Origin: Bacilli bacterium
Lineage (GTDB): Bacteria > Bacillota_I > Bacilli_A > RFN20 > CAG-826
Assembly (NCBI GenBank): GCA_045598525.1
Contig: JAZLMH010000012.1
Location: 4,154-68,153, forward strand
Reading direction: 5' to 3'
DNA: 64,000 nucleotides
The notes under the pieces are model-generated. The model worked only from the letters and a program-made list of their open reading frames with translations. It ran no database searches and was not told where the DNA came from. Shown here one piece after another: positions 11,894 to 22,300 of this stretch (the stretch's first letter is position 1; every line of letters starts with the position of its first letter). Position numbers and translations under genes: made by a program.

Positions 11894-12427
11894 TTACTTA
11901 AGAAGATCGTTTCTCAAACGTTCGATCTTTCCTAGGATGGTGCTGTCAAACACTTTGTCATCCACGAAGACTTTCACACCGCCAATAAGCTTGTGGTCGA
12001 TGCGATTGTCGAGTTCCACGGCAAATCCAAGGCGTTTTTGCATGGATTTTTCAATTTTCTCTACTTCTTCTTTGCTTAATGGCTCAGCTGAGTAGATGAT
12101 GCCTTCTTTGATTCCGCGGTAATCATTAGCGAGTTTATTGAATGCTTCAGCGATGAGTTCGATATGGATAATCTCATGCTTCATGACCAATAAACGGACG
12201 AAGGCTGGGATTTCTTTGTTTTTGAGGTGGCCGAATACTTTCTCGACCAAAGCGTATTGTGATTCTTCTGGAAGCGTATACGAGCTAAGGTAACCTAAAA
12301 GACTTGGGTTATCCCAAAGCGTCTCCCTGACTTCTTTCACTTCTTTTTGGAAAGAGGCTACTTTGCCGGATTCGCTTGCTAGCTTAAATAAGCCGGCTGC
12401 ATATGCATTAGCTTCCTTACCAATCAT
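11894..12427 (-). CDS. atpH: F1 ATP synthase subunit delta (OSCP)
   Basis: Operon position and size (177 aa), with an OSCP-like C-terminus ([24 protein letters not shown]). Confidence 0.85.
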   Translation of the reverse strand: MIGKEANAYAAGLFKLASESGKVASFQKEVKEVRETLWDNPSLLGYLSSYTLPEESQYALVEKVFGHLKNKEIPAFVRLLVMKHEIIHIELIAEAFNKLANDYRGIKEGIIYSAEPLSKEEVEKIEKSMQKRLGFAVELDNRIDHKLIGGVKVFVDDKVFDSTILGKIERLRNDLLK

Positions 12428-12430
12428 CGC

Positions 12431-12988
12431 TTACTCCTTTTTAGCTTCGACACTCCCGATGAAATCATCGACGAGTCTAGCATTATCCTCACGACTAATT
12501 TCTCTTCCAAGAACTTGTTTTGAAGCATCAAGAGCGACATTGACGATTTCCTCGTGAATGGCTCTGCGTGCTTTCTCTTCTGCTTGGGCAATTGCTTCGT
12601 CTGCGGCTTTTTGACGTGCTTGTGCTTGTTCGTCGGCTTCTTTGACGATTGCCTGAGCGCTTACTTCAGCATCGACTTTCGCTTTAGCAATTATCTCGCT
12701 TGCTTCTTGTCTTGCTTTGTTAATGATCTTGTCGCTTTCTTTTGCTTTGGATTCATAAAGATCTTTGGCTTCTTCGCTCTCACGAATGTTTTTCTCGATA
12801 TAGTCTTTTCTGGCGTTTAAATATTTCGATACAGGTTTGTATGCGATGAAATAAAGGAACACAAAAAGAACAACCAAGGCCAAGAGGTTTATGACAAAGC
12901 TCCAGAAATTAGGGAAGAGTTTGTCTAAGAAATCTTTGGCGGTGAATGGTTGGGAAGAATCTAATATTGTGATTCTTAAGTCTTCCAT
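12431..12988 (-). CDS. atpF: Fo ATP synthase subunit b
   Basis: A single N-terminal TM helix followed by a long charged Ala/Glu/Lys helix; operon position. Confidence 0.85.
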   Translation of the reverse strand: MEDLRITILDSSQPFTAKDFLDKLFPNFWSFVINLLALVVLFVFLYFIAYKPVSKYLNARKDYIEKNIRESEEAKDLYESKAKESDKIINKARQEASEIIAKAKVDAEVSAQAIVKEADEQAQARQKAADEAIAQAEEKARRAIHEEIVNVALDASKQVLGREISREDNARLVDDFIGSVEAKKE

Positions 12989-13008
12989 TCTTTGACCTTA
13001 CTTCTTTC

Positions 13009-13257
13009 TTATAAAGCTGCAAGAGCTGGCATACCCATTAAGAAGATGATGAGAATTGCAACAACCAATGAGTAGATAGCAGTTGATTCACAAAGAGCAA
13101 CTGCGACGATCATGTTTGATCTAAGGGCGCCGACCATTTCTGGGTTTCTGCTCATACCATCAATAGCATGTGAGCAAACCATGCCTTCGCCAAGGGAGCA
13201 GAGACTGCCTAAGCCGACAGCGATACCTGCACCGAGTGCACATAATCCAACGTTCAT
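13009..13257 (-). CDS. atpE: Fo ATP synthase subunit c, with an E24...E57-S58-T59...Y62 Na+-type ion-binding signature
   Basis: An 82-aa two-helix hairpin with the RNPE loop, ALCESTAIYSLV in helix 2, and a GGAGGA RBS. Confidence 0.92.
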   Translation of the reverse strand: MNVGLCALGAGIAVGLGSLCSLGEGMVCSHAIDGMSRNPEMVGALRSNMIVAVALCESTAIYSLVVAILIIFLMGMPALAAL

Positions 13258-13289
13258 GTTAATTCCTCCTATGTCAGTTGGTTTCTATT

Positions 13290-14186
13290 CTATTTAGCTT
13301 TCACCGTAGCCTCTTCTTCTTTGGAGGCAGGCTTTTCTGGATATTCTTGAGAGATCCAGATAGCGGTAAGTGAAGCAAAAACCAGAGTTTGAACAAACCC
13401 CGAGAATAGAGAGAAGTAAGCCTGGAGAACACCAATTGGGAGAGGGGCGATAAAGATTCCCGTCCATCCAACTGGATCGTTCCAGAATGAATACCATGAG
13501 GAGGTGGTTGAGCCGATGATGGCTAAATCCCCTACTCCGGAAAGCATCGAGCTTGAAGCGCCTGCAAGGGCCCATTGTAAGAGGCCGATGAGGACTGTAC
13601 CTGAAAGAGCGTTACCAAACATACGCATCGTAGTTGAGATGATTGGTGCCCAGAAGGTAATCATATTAATTGGCAAGAAAACGAAAATCGGTTCAGTGAA
13701 ACGCTTGAAATATCCAAATTTGCTATATTGGATGCCTTTCATCTGAATAAGCACGAACATGATGATTGCTAAGCTAAGAGGGCAAGCAAGCCAGTCCACT
13801 AAAGATGGAAGTCCGAATAATGAGATAGTGAAGGCTAAGAAAAGATAAGCAAGGAGCGTGAAGAAGAATCCGCCCCAAATGACTTTATCCTCGCCCATGT
13901 TGCTGGATGCAAATGAGTTACAGGTGTCATGATAGATCTCCGCTAAATGCATTAAACCTTTTGGCTTTTGGAGATATGTTTTCTTTTTTAAGCCGATTCT
14001 TGCTTTGATACCGATAATGGTGCCAAGAATGGCAAGGATAAGCATGACGATAAGAGATGTGATTAAAGGAGCGTCGATTGAGTCCCAGCCATCCCAATGG
14101 AACATGGCTTCGACTTTCTCTGCGAAAGAAGATGCGTTTGCACTCGTGACTTTATCTAATATGACCATTGGCATTCCGTTAAGCAT
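13290..14186 (-). CDS. atpB: Fo ATP synthase subunit a
   Basis: Polytopic membrane protein with the conserved Arg region (MRMFGNALSGTVL); operon position. Confidence 0.9.
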   Translation of the reverse strand: MLNGMPMVILDKVTSANASSFAEKVEAMFHWDGWDSIDAPLITSLIVMLILAILGTIIGIKARIGLKKKTYLQKPKGLMHLAEIYHDTCNSFASSNMGEDKVIWGGFFFTLLAYLFLAFTISLFGLPSLVDWLACPLSLAIIMFVLIQMKGIQYSKFGYFKRFTEPIFVFLPINMITFWAPIISTTMRMFGNALSGTVLIGLLQWALAGASSSMLSGVGDLAIIGSTTSSWYSFWNDPVGWTGIFIAPLPIGVLQAYFSLFSGFVQTLVFASLTAIWISQEYPEKPASKEEEATVKAK

Positions 14187-14191
14187 AAAAG

Positions 14192-14617
14192 TTATCTAAT
14201 CTTCTTTCTGGATGAACGAACCAAAGCGATGATCTGAGCGGGGATAAGAGCGACAAAGGCGGTCCAGAAATTGAAACCGTCAAATCCACCGAACCATTCA
14301 GATCTAAAAGTGCAGATTGCTGCGATTACAAGGGCTGCAATATAGGCCGCAAAACGAATAACGACATAGAGAATGACATTGCGGCTGTCTTTTGGATCTC
14401 CGCTTTCAGGAAGAAGAGCATCCCCCATCTTCATAATAGACCACCAACCGATAAGCTCAGCCACTGTACCAATAAGCCAACCTAAAGGATATGAGTAACC
14501 TTTAGAGTTATAGAAAAAGAATAGTGGGCAAAGACCAATGAATCCGATTCCTCCGATTACTAGTAACCAGAAGAAGACTTTTTGCTGTTCGTTGAGTTTT
14601 AAATACTTTTCCACCAT
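14192..14617 (-). CDS. atpI: ATP synthase protein I-like small membrane protein
   Basis: A 4-TM protein directly upstream of atpB. Start taken at MVEKYLKL (14617); the ORF-track start at 14677 adds 20 poorly supported residues. Confidence 0.55.
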   Translation of the reverse strand: MVEKYLKLNEQQKVFFWLLVIGGIGFIGLCPLFFFYNSKGYSYPLGWLIGTVAELIGWWSIMKMGDALLPESGDPKDSRNVILYVVIRFAAYIAALVIAAICTFRSEWFGGFDGFNFWTAFVALIPAQIIALVRSSRKKIR

Positions 14618-14707
14618 AGCGACATTATTATCTTCTCTTAAAAGAGAAAAAGGAATAAAAAAAGACCCTAAACACAATCTTTTACAATTGTTAATTGTCG
14701 GGCCTAG

Positions 14708-15841
14708 TTATTCTTGTGTTTTTTCTATCTTTGTCAAAGAGTTTAAGTTCTTCTGATTGAACGAGTAGCAAGAGAGAAGTTCGCCATAATAAAGAGACTG
14801 CATTGTCTGATACTTTTGCTGGTCTGATTCTGATATGTTACTAAAGTAAATCATCTTAAAAATCTTCTCTAAGCGGAAGAAAGATTCATAGAGATTTAAA
14901 AGGGTGACGAGGTAGAAATAGTTTCTTCTGCTATAGATAAGAAGAGGCGATGAGTGAGCAATCTCGCTAGACATCTCGTAGACCTTGGAATATTGTCTAA
15001 GGTTTGCGCAGCGTTCAACACCATCGCGGAAATTGAATTTGAATTCTTCAATTTTTCCTTCTTTGACTTCTGGGATTGCGCTTAACCAGCCATATTCAAT
15101 GAAACGTTTCATGTCTTTTGACTTGAGATCGTTATTTTTCATTCCTGCTTTGATTTCAACAAAGACCGCATCGGTTTCTTCTTTGCTTGGCATTCCTCCT
15201 CTAAAGGCGACAGCATATCTCATGTGGTTAAGATATGCATCGATGACAGGCTTGCCATGTTTGACAAGAACCTGGAGGATACATTCATTTTCATGGAGTG
15301 TTCTCCAAGTTGAGAAAGCTTCAGTTTCATAACCGTTTTCAAGGAGGTTAAGGATGCATTTAGCCATGGAAAAGCCTTTTCTCATGATGTCTATGATGAG
15401 CGTTTGGGATGGGTTTCCTGTGGCATAGCGGCTTAAGGTTCCAAGAATGAAGTTTAGGTATAAGGAAAGGGTTGAAATATTAGGGTCGAAGCGATTTGCG
15501 AAATTTTTGTTTTTGTAGGCAAGATGTTCGTTGGTGTAATACTTGTCGAGAGTTAATGAGAGAAGAAGGCTTTCATACTTTTCATCTTTGACAAGATCCT
15601 CTTCTTTCACTTCAGGATGAGCGACGAGATAAAAGTTATGCTCATTGACAAGGTAAAGAGCGACAGAAAGAGGGTTGAGGGACATTCTTTCGATAAGAGG
15701 CGTCTCCTCCTTTAACGATTGATCTGAATCAAGAGCGTCGATAAAGCATTCGAAAAGGAAATCCTTGTTGAGATTTTCTGGAGCGTGGATGCTTATAAGA
15801 AGCTGCTCAAATTGTTCTTTTGTGATTCTATAATCTGCCAT
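14708..15841 (-). CDS. hypothetical protein (about 377 aa, all-helical appearance), no family recognised
   Basis: Long ORF. Start preferred at the ATG at 15841 (MADYRITKEQ), which lies 7 nt downstream of a TAAAAT box. The ORF-track TTG start at 15922 is unsupported. Confidence 0.6.
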   Translation of the reverse strand: MADYRITKEQFEQLLISIHAPENLNKDFLFECFIDALDSDQSLKEETPLIERMSLNPLSVALYLVNEHNFYLVAHPEVKEEDLVKDEKYESLLLSLTLDKYYTNEHLAYKNKNFANRFDPNISTLSLYLNFILGTLSRYATGNPSQTLIIDIMRKGFSMAKCILNLLENGYETEAFSTWRTLHENECILQVLVKHGKPVIDAYLNHMRYAVAFRGGMPSKEETDAVFVEIKAGMKNNDLKSKDMKRFIEYGWLSAIPEVKEGKIEEFKFNFRDGVERCANLRQYSKVYEMSSEIAHSSPLLIYSRRNYFYLVTLLNLYESFFRLEKIFKMIYFSNISESDQQKYQTMQSLYYGELLSCYSFNQKNLNSLTKIEKTQE

Positions 15842-15979
15842 GGATATTATTTTACAACATTTCACCCTACTTTCATATTTGAAAGTGGTATTGTTCTCTT
15901 CATTTGATTTAGTAAACGCCAAAAATGTTTGGCAAAAATGAGTTATTTATCTGAAAACAAACAAAATTTGCTAGGGATT

Positions 15980-17464
15980 TTAGTGTCTAGGTTTGTAGGC
16001 TCTTGTGGCTTTTACGGCCTCAACCCAGCCTTCATAAAGGCGGTCCGCTTCTTCTTTGCTCATCTCTGGTTTATAGACGTGAGCGACTTTTCTTGAGGCG
16101 TGAATGTCATCTTTTGTTTTAAAGATACCCGCTCCAAGAGCTGCGAAATACCCTGCTCCCAAGGCGGTTGTTTCTACTGAAAGAGGAAGGGAGACTTCGC
16201 ATCTAAGGATGTCGCTTTGGAACTGCATAAGCATCTTGTTAGCGGATGCGCCACCATCGACTTTGAGGACTTTAAGTTCAAGCCCTGCGTCTTTAACCAT
16301 TGTGTCAAAGACATCTTTTGACTGGTAGGCAAGAGAATAGATCGCGGCTCTGGTGATGTTATGACGATCAGCGCCACGAGTAAGGCCAAATATCGCGCCT
16401 CTTGCATCATCGTCCCAATATGGCGTTCCTAAACCAGCAAAGGCAGGAACAACATAGACTCCATTTGTGTCAGGACGTCTAGAAGCATATTCTTCGCTTT
16501 GTGAGCTTTCTTTGAACCAGTCCATTTCGTCACGGAGCCACTGGATAACTGCGCCGCCGATAAAGACAGAACCTTCCAAGGCATAGGTGGTTTTTCCATT
16601 TATTCTCCAAGCGACAGTTGTAAGGAGGCCATTTTTAGAGAGTACAGGTCTTTCACCGATGTTCATAAGCATGAAACAGCCAGTTCCGTATGTGTTCTTT
16701 GAGTCACCTTCGTTAAAGCAACACTGTCCAAAAAGTGCGGCTTGTTGGTCGCCTGCGACGCCATAAATGTGTACGTTTCCTGGGAAAAATGATGCTACAC
16801 CGAAATCTGAGACGTTGTCTTTAACTTCAGGAAGCATATTCATGTTAATTCCCCAAATCTCACATAGTTCCTTGTCCCATTTCATATCAAGAATGTTGAA
16901 CAAGAGGGTTCTAGATGCGTTACTAACATCTGTTGCATGAGATACGCCTTTTGTCATTTTGTAAATAAGCCAGGTGTCAACTGTGCCAAAGAGAAGCTCT
17001 CCTTTAGCCATCTTTTCCTCTGCTCCTTCTACATGATCAAGGATGTATCTAATCTTTGAAGCGCTGAAATATGGATTGATGCGAAGGCCTGTTTTAGAAC
17101 TGATGAATTCATCTTTTTCCATTCTTTCCTCGCAAAGGTATTGGGTTTGTTTTGATTGCCAGACAATAGCGTTATGGATGGCTTTGCCTGTCGCTTTATC
17201 CCAGACGATTGTTGTTTCGCGTTGGTTAGTTATGCCAAAGCCTGCGATATCGCCAAAAGAGACTCCGCTTTTAATCATGAGCTCGTTGATGACATCGACT
17301 ACGCTGACCCAGATCTGATTGGCGTCTTGTTCTACCCAACCTGGCTCTGGATATATGCAGTCTAATGGACGTTGGGCTTTGCCTACTTCCTTACCATGGT
17401 TATCGATCAAAAGAGCGCGAGTTGACGTTGTGCCTTGGTCGATTGAGATAATGTACTTTTCCAT
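15980..17464 (-). CDS. glpK: glycerol kinase
   Basis: N-terminus YIISIDQGTTSTRALL and FGGY-family motifs throughout; 494 aa; AAGGAGG RBS. Confidence 0.96.
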   Translation of the reverse strand: MEKYIISIDQGTTSTRALLIDNHGKEVGKAQRPLDCIYPEPGWVEQDANQIWVSVVDVINELMIKSGVSFGDIAGFGITNQRETTIVWDKATGKAIHNAIVWQSKQTQYLCEERMEKDEFISSKTGLRINPYFSASKIRYILDHVEGAEEKMAKGELLFGTVDTWLIYKMTKGVSHATDVSNASRTLLFNILDMKWDKELCEIWGINMNMLPEVKDNVSDFGVASFFPGNVHIYGVAGDQQAALFGQCCFNEGDSKNTYGTGCFMLMNIGERPVLSKNGLLTTVAWRINGKTTYALEGSVFIGGAVIQWLRDEMDWFKESSQSEEYASRRPDTNGVYVVPAFAGLGTPYWDDDARGAIFGLTRGADRHNITRAAIYSLAYQSKDVFDTMVKDAGLELKVLKVDGGASANKMLMQFQSDILRCEVSLPLSVETTALGAGYFAALGAGIFKTKDDIHASRKVAHVYKPEMSKEEADRLYEGWVEAVKATRAYKPRH

Positions 17465-17503
17465 TACAAACCTCCTTTATGCGGTTTTTGTTAGGGATTT
17501 TTG

Positions 17504-18790
17504 TTATTTTGCTCGGCTTTTGAGGACTCTTTCGATATCTTCGACTTCTTTGACGATGTCTTTTGTTAAGATTTCGCAGCCTGTTTTTGTGATAAGGAGG
17601 TCATCCTCAATACGGATGCCAATTCCTTTATCAGCCATATAAAGACCTGGCTCATCGCTGATAATCATACCTGGCTCAAGTTTGATCTTTTTACTATCTT
17701 GGCCAAGAGGGTTTTTATACGGGTCATGGGTGTCTAAACCAATGAGGTGAGATACACCGTGGAAGTAATACTTTGTGATCTCTTCTTTGGTCTTGATGAA
17801 ACCTTTTGAGAGACATTCGCTTGCTAAGTATTCGACCGTTGCTTCTTGAAGTTCTGCGATTGTCACGCCTGGCTTGGCCATCGATGCGACCATTTTGTTA
17901 CAGCCAAGGACGATTTCGTAGATTGTTTCCTGAAGAGGGGAGAATTTGCCATTGACTGGGACTGTTCTTGTGACATCTGCGCAGTAATAGTTATTCCTAG
18001 CACCGAGGTCGCTTAAGAGGAGCTCGCCATCTTTAAGCGTGCCTTGTGGGTTTGGGTAGTGAAGAACGGTTGCGTTCTTGCCGCTTGCCATGATGGTGTT
18101 AAATGAGACACCTTGGTAGTTATTTGAGTCGTTGATGACATGATGGAATACATCAGCAAGTTGGAATTCTTTAACGCCTGGACGCATATTCGCCCAAATC
18201 GAGGCAATTCCTAAAGCCGTGACTCTGACCGCTTCTTTGAATTCTTGGACTTCCCTTGCGGATTTTCTTAAGCGGAGGGTTGTAATAAGAGGGTATGCGT
18301 CGTCAACAACAAGGTTGCTATATGTTGTTTCAAGAGTACGTTTATAGTCTCTTGTGGTGATACCATCATCAATCTTGATTTCGCGGTCGAGATCAAGGTA
18401 AATGCGGTTAATTTCGCCATACGTTTCCTCTCCTAAGACCATTTCCATCTTTGCGCCTAAGGATGTGTTTGTCATGACGTTAGGGACGCCTGAAATCTGA
18501 CTTGCTTCGTCTGTTCTAAGGCGTCTTCCATACCATTTCTCTTTTCTTTCGTCGAATGGGCTGATGAAAAGGAATTCCTTCATCTCGCCTTCGCTATTGA
18601 CGATAAGAAGACAGCTATTTGGCTGATCGATGCCAGTTAAGTAATAGAAATTTCTATTAACCTCGAATGGGTAATATTCGTCTGCGCTTGAGACTTTTTC
18701 CACGCCGCTATAAACAAGCAAGATGCTTGGAGATTCCATAAGATTAACTAATCTTTGGCGGCGTTCGGCAAATTCGTTTGGACTGATCAT
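17504..18790 (-). CDS. Xaa-Pro aminopeptidase/dipeptidase (peptidase M24B)
   Basis: Metal-ligand motifs YCADVTRT, HGVSHLIGLDTHD, EPGLY and IRIEDD. Confidence 0.9.
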   Translation of the reverse strand: MISPNEFAERRQRLVNLMESPSILLVYSGVEKVSSADEYYPFEVNRNFYYLTGIDQPNSCLLIVNSEGEMKEFLFISPFDERKEKWYGRRLRTDEASQISGVPNVMTNTSLGAKMEMVLGEETYGEINRIYLDLDREIKIDDGITTRDYKRTLETTYSNLVVDDAYPLITTLRLRKSAREVQEFKEAVRVTALGIASIWANMRPGVKEFQLADVFHHVINDSNNYQGVSFNTIMASGKNATVLHYPNPQGTLKDGELLLSDLGARNNYYCADVTRTVPVNGKFSPLQETIYEIVLGCNKMVASMAKPGVTIAELQEATVEYLASECLSKGFIKTKEEITKYYFHGVSHLIGLDTHDPYKNPLGQDSKKIKLEPGMIISDEPGLYMADKGIGIRIEDDLLITKTGCEILTKDIVKEVEDIERVLKSRAK

Positions 18791-19392
18791 TGTTGTTTTC
18801 TCCTTTTGACTGTTACGGTTTTTTCGTCATGTATTTTGATGAGGTGTGAGTAGCGTTCCACAAGAGGGCGAGCAATTTCTTTGTCTCCTTTGACGGTGAT
18901 TGTTACCTCTTCTTGGAATTCCTCATTCTCGATTGCTACGTTATGGCGGTCTGCTTCTTTTTGAAATGTCGCAAAGTCACTATATGACAAGGACACTCTT
19001 GCTTCGTAGCCTTTTACGAAGTCACACCAAGAAGCTTGTTCTACCGCCTCTAGCCCTACTTCACGGTAAGTTCTAGTTAGGCGTCCTAACCCAAGCTTGG
19101 TTCCGCCAAAATAACGAATTACGACAAGAAGGACATGGTCTACTTCTCTTCCGCGAAGAATCTCTAGAAGAGGTAGGCCAGTACTTCTAGCAGGCTCACC
19201 TTCGTCGCTGCATCTTTCAAAGGGAAGAAGTCTAGCGGCATAAGGATAGTGAGTCGCTTTTGGGTACTCTTCCCTGACTTTAGCTAAGAGGCTGTTGATT
19301 TCCTTTTCATCATCAAAGGGAATAACAAGGCCGATAAATCTAGAGCCAAGGATGACGTATTCATATTTGTTGGTGAGGAATGGGTAGTTCAT
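18787..19392 (-). CDS. yigZ: YigZ/IMPACT family protein (UPF0029)
   Basis: SDEGEPARSTGLPLL and RYFGGTKLGLGRLTRTY motifs. Overlaps the downstream peptidase gene by 4 nt and the giant gene's stop by 1 nt. Confidence 0.8.
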   Translation of the reverse strand: MNYPFLTNKYEYVILGSRFIGLVIPFDDEKEINSLLAKVREEYPKATHYPYAARLLPFERCSDEGEPARSTGLPLLEILRGREVDHVLLVVIRYFGGTKLGLGRLTRTYREVGLEAVEQASWCDFVKGYEARVSLSYSDFATFQKEADRHNVAIENEEFQEEVTITVKGDKEIARPLVERYSHLIKIHDEKTVTVKRRKQQ

Positions 19393-22300
19393 TAGGCGAG
19401 TGATGGGTTAAGGATGATGGCTGCGTTTCTAAGGTAGCCTGTAGCGCCAAATGCTTCAGGGAAGGATGTTGGCTGGGTTCCGAAAGCTCCAGGGTTACTG
19501 ATAAGAAGGATTTCGTAGATAGCTTTTTCATAGTAGCTAGCAACGACGTCTTTATATGGGTAAGCGGCTGGGGCTTCAGAAAGTTCGTTAAGCTTAGCGG
19601 CAATGCCGTTCTTATTTGGCATTCCGGCTGCCTGAGCATCGTTAAGGATTGGCAAGATGTCATTTCTTGTAAGATCAAGGAATCCAATATAGTTGGATGC
19701 GTTTGGAAGGAAGAGAGGGTGCTTAGTTTGATCGCTTGTGAAGTGAGCGCTTAATAAGGCTGCGTCTCTCATATCGGCATAGAATCTACGGGCAAAGCCT
19801 GTTTTGAAGGCTGCCTCGAAGGTATTCCATGAAGCGCTTGTTCCAAGGTATGTTCCAACATGCTCTCCGTTATATGAGAAGGCTGCTGTTGGGATGACAG
19901 CGTATCTGGCTTGAATGTTAGATAAAGCGTTATATGCGCCATAGAAGGTTGCGACTTCAATCATATGGGTGTCTAACCATGCTGATACAGTAACGAGATC
20001 ATCAGCAGAGAAGATGTCGTGTAGGTTCTTATATCCTGGCATGCGGTTAGCCGCGTTATAGTCAGGCATGTATTCAAAGAGGTTGACTGAATAGCTTCCA
20101 AACTGGAATGAGAGGATGCCAGAAGCGCTGACGTCGCCTGCATCGAAATATGCAGAATCTGTCTTGTTGAACTGGCTATCGTACTTCGAGGTGAAGAATG
20201 ATTTATCCGATTTGATGAACCTAACGATCTTTGTGAGCTTTCCAGGTGTTCCAAAGAGTGTTCCAAGAGCGAATGGATCACTTGCGAAGTCAATGTAGCT
20301 ATTTGTCATTTCGCTATAGAAACATCCGCTTGCAACTTCGATAAGCTCATTGATTGCGCCGCTATGGGTTAAACCGTTTTGGACATCAAGTTCAGCCTGG
20401 TTAAGACCGATAATTTTATCAACGCTAAATGTGACTTCGACTTTTGAGATGGTTCCACTTCCAGCAATGGAGACGTCTTTTGCAAGAGGCCTATCCGTGA
20501 TGGATGAGCCGTTGAAGAGAACATATTCATAAGCATTTGGTGCAGGATTTGTTGGGGAAACCGCAAATGTTGAACCGGCTTTCTCATAACTGATTGTTGG
20601 TGCGGCACCGCTAGCCATATAGACTTTGATACCATAAACAGCGTTATCAAGGTCAAGGCTATAAGAAGAAGCGTCAACATCATAAGTTGCTGTGACTTTG
20701 CTAAATTCTTTGAAGTTAATTGTGTCGAGGATTGTCTTCTGGAGTTCGTAAGGAACGAGTTCATAAGCAAGGTCGACTTTGTTTGTTGCGTATAATAACT
20801 CTCCTAATTCGGTTGGTGTCTTGCTTAGGATCTCACTTGAAGAGATTGAGACACCTCCGCCAGAGATGAAGCCAAGATCGATTGCTGTACCAAACAAACC
20901 GCCTGTTAAGTCATCTTTGAGGATGAGATTATCAAGTTCAGTGCCCCACTTGCTGTCCTGATAGTTATTGACCTTATCAAGAATCTTTGCCTGGTATGAG
21001 GCATATTCGCCATCATAAACTTCATTGTATGAAAGTGCGGCTAAACCTGATTGGACATAGAGGTTATACATTGCCTGTTCAAAGACTGGTAAATCGGTGA
21101 CAGTGAAGGAAAGCGAATCATCTGTCTTAAGGAGATAGGAAGCGCCTGCAAGGTGGAATGAGTAAGAATCATCAAGAGCCTTGAGGAAGTTCTTAAGTTT
21201 AAGAATCTGGGTTTTGTTGCTGAGGTTTGTTGTTAACGATGAGTCGGATTTGACGAGGGAGACGATCTTTGCGACAAGCTCGATTTCGTCATCGTCATAT
21301 CTGTTTTCGTAATTGCTGCTCATAAGCATGACACCGGAATTCTCATAGGAGGAACCGCTTAAGGTGATGTTATATTCATATTGGTAATATGGGTTTGCAC
21401 GCTTAAGCTCAACAGCATCAAGAGTCTGAGAGTTGATTGAGCTAGCGATTGCATTAGGAACGATGTCATATGTCCAATCACATTTGTTAAGAGCGTTAAG
21501 GAGGATGCCCATCTGAGACTCGCTTAACGTATCGAATGTGCCATTAGCAAGAGCCGAGGAGAAGCTGCTATCGCTTGTGATGGTGGCTAAAAGCGAACGA
21601 AGTGAATTTGGTGAGGATGGGTCAACTAAGTTAGTGACATCGCTGTTGCTATTTGTGCTGGAGATATAAGGATATGCCTGATTTGCAACATATTTTGCTT
21701 TCTCAAGGGCTGTTACATAGTTAGAAGAATTAGCAGCATCCTTAGGTGAAAGGTTGCTGATGTAATATTCCTTAAGAGCGTCTCCGCCAAATAAAGCACC
21801 CATAACATCCTGAAAGACACTTGTGGTTGCCTCTGATTTGAGGGTGTTAAAGATATTGCTTTGAGCGAAATCCGCTAAAAGGCCTGTAACATTATCGACG
21901 TCGCTAGCTGTTAAGGATGAAATATCAGATAAATCAAGAGAACCGAGTTTAGATGCTTTGCCAAGGATTGAAGCAAGTCTAAAGCATTCGTCTTCATCAT
22001 AGGCGTTTGTTGCATAGTTATATGTATCTACGGTGCCTTTGCCTGCGTAGTAAGTGTTAGCGTTTGTTAAGGAGATGCCGCTTCCTGCAAGGGATCCGCT
22101 TGTTAAGCTTGATAAAGCGCTATCGAACTTCTCTGGGAGCCCAGGATAAAGAAGGCGACTTTCATTAATGTGCATGAGGAGGTTTCCGACAATGTCTTCG
22201 CCATATTCTTTTTCGGTGAAATAGCTATCGAATGATAATCCGCCAGAAATCTCTGATCCCATTGAATGGAAGTCATTAAGAACTTTGCTGAATCTATCGA

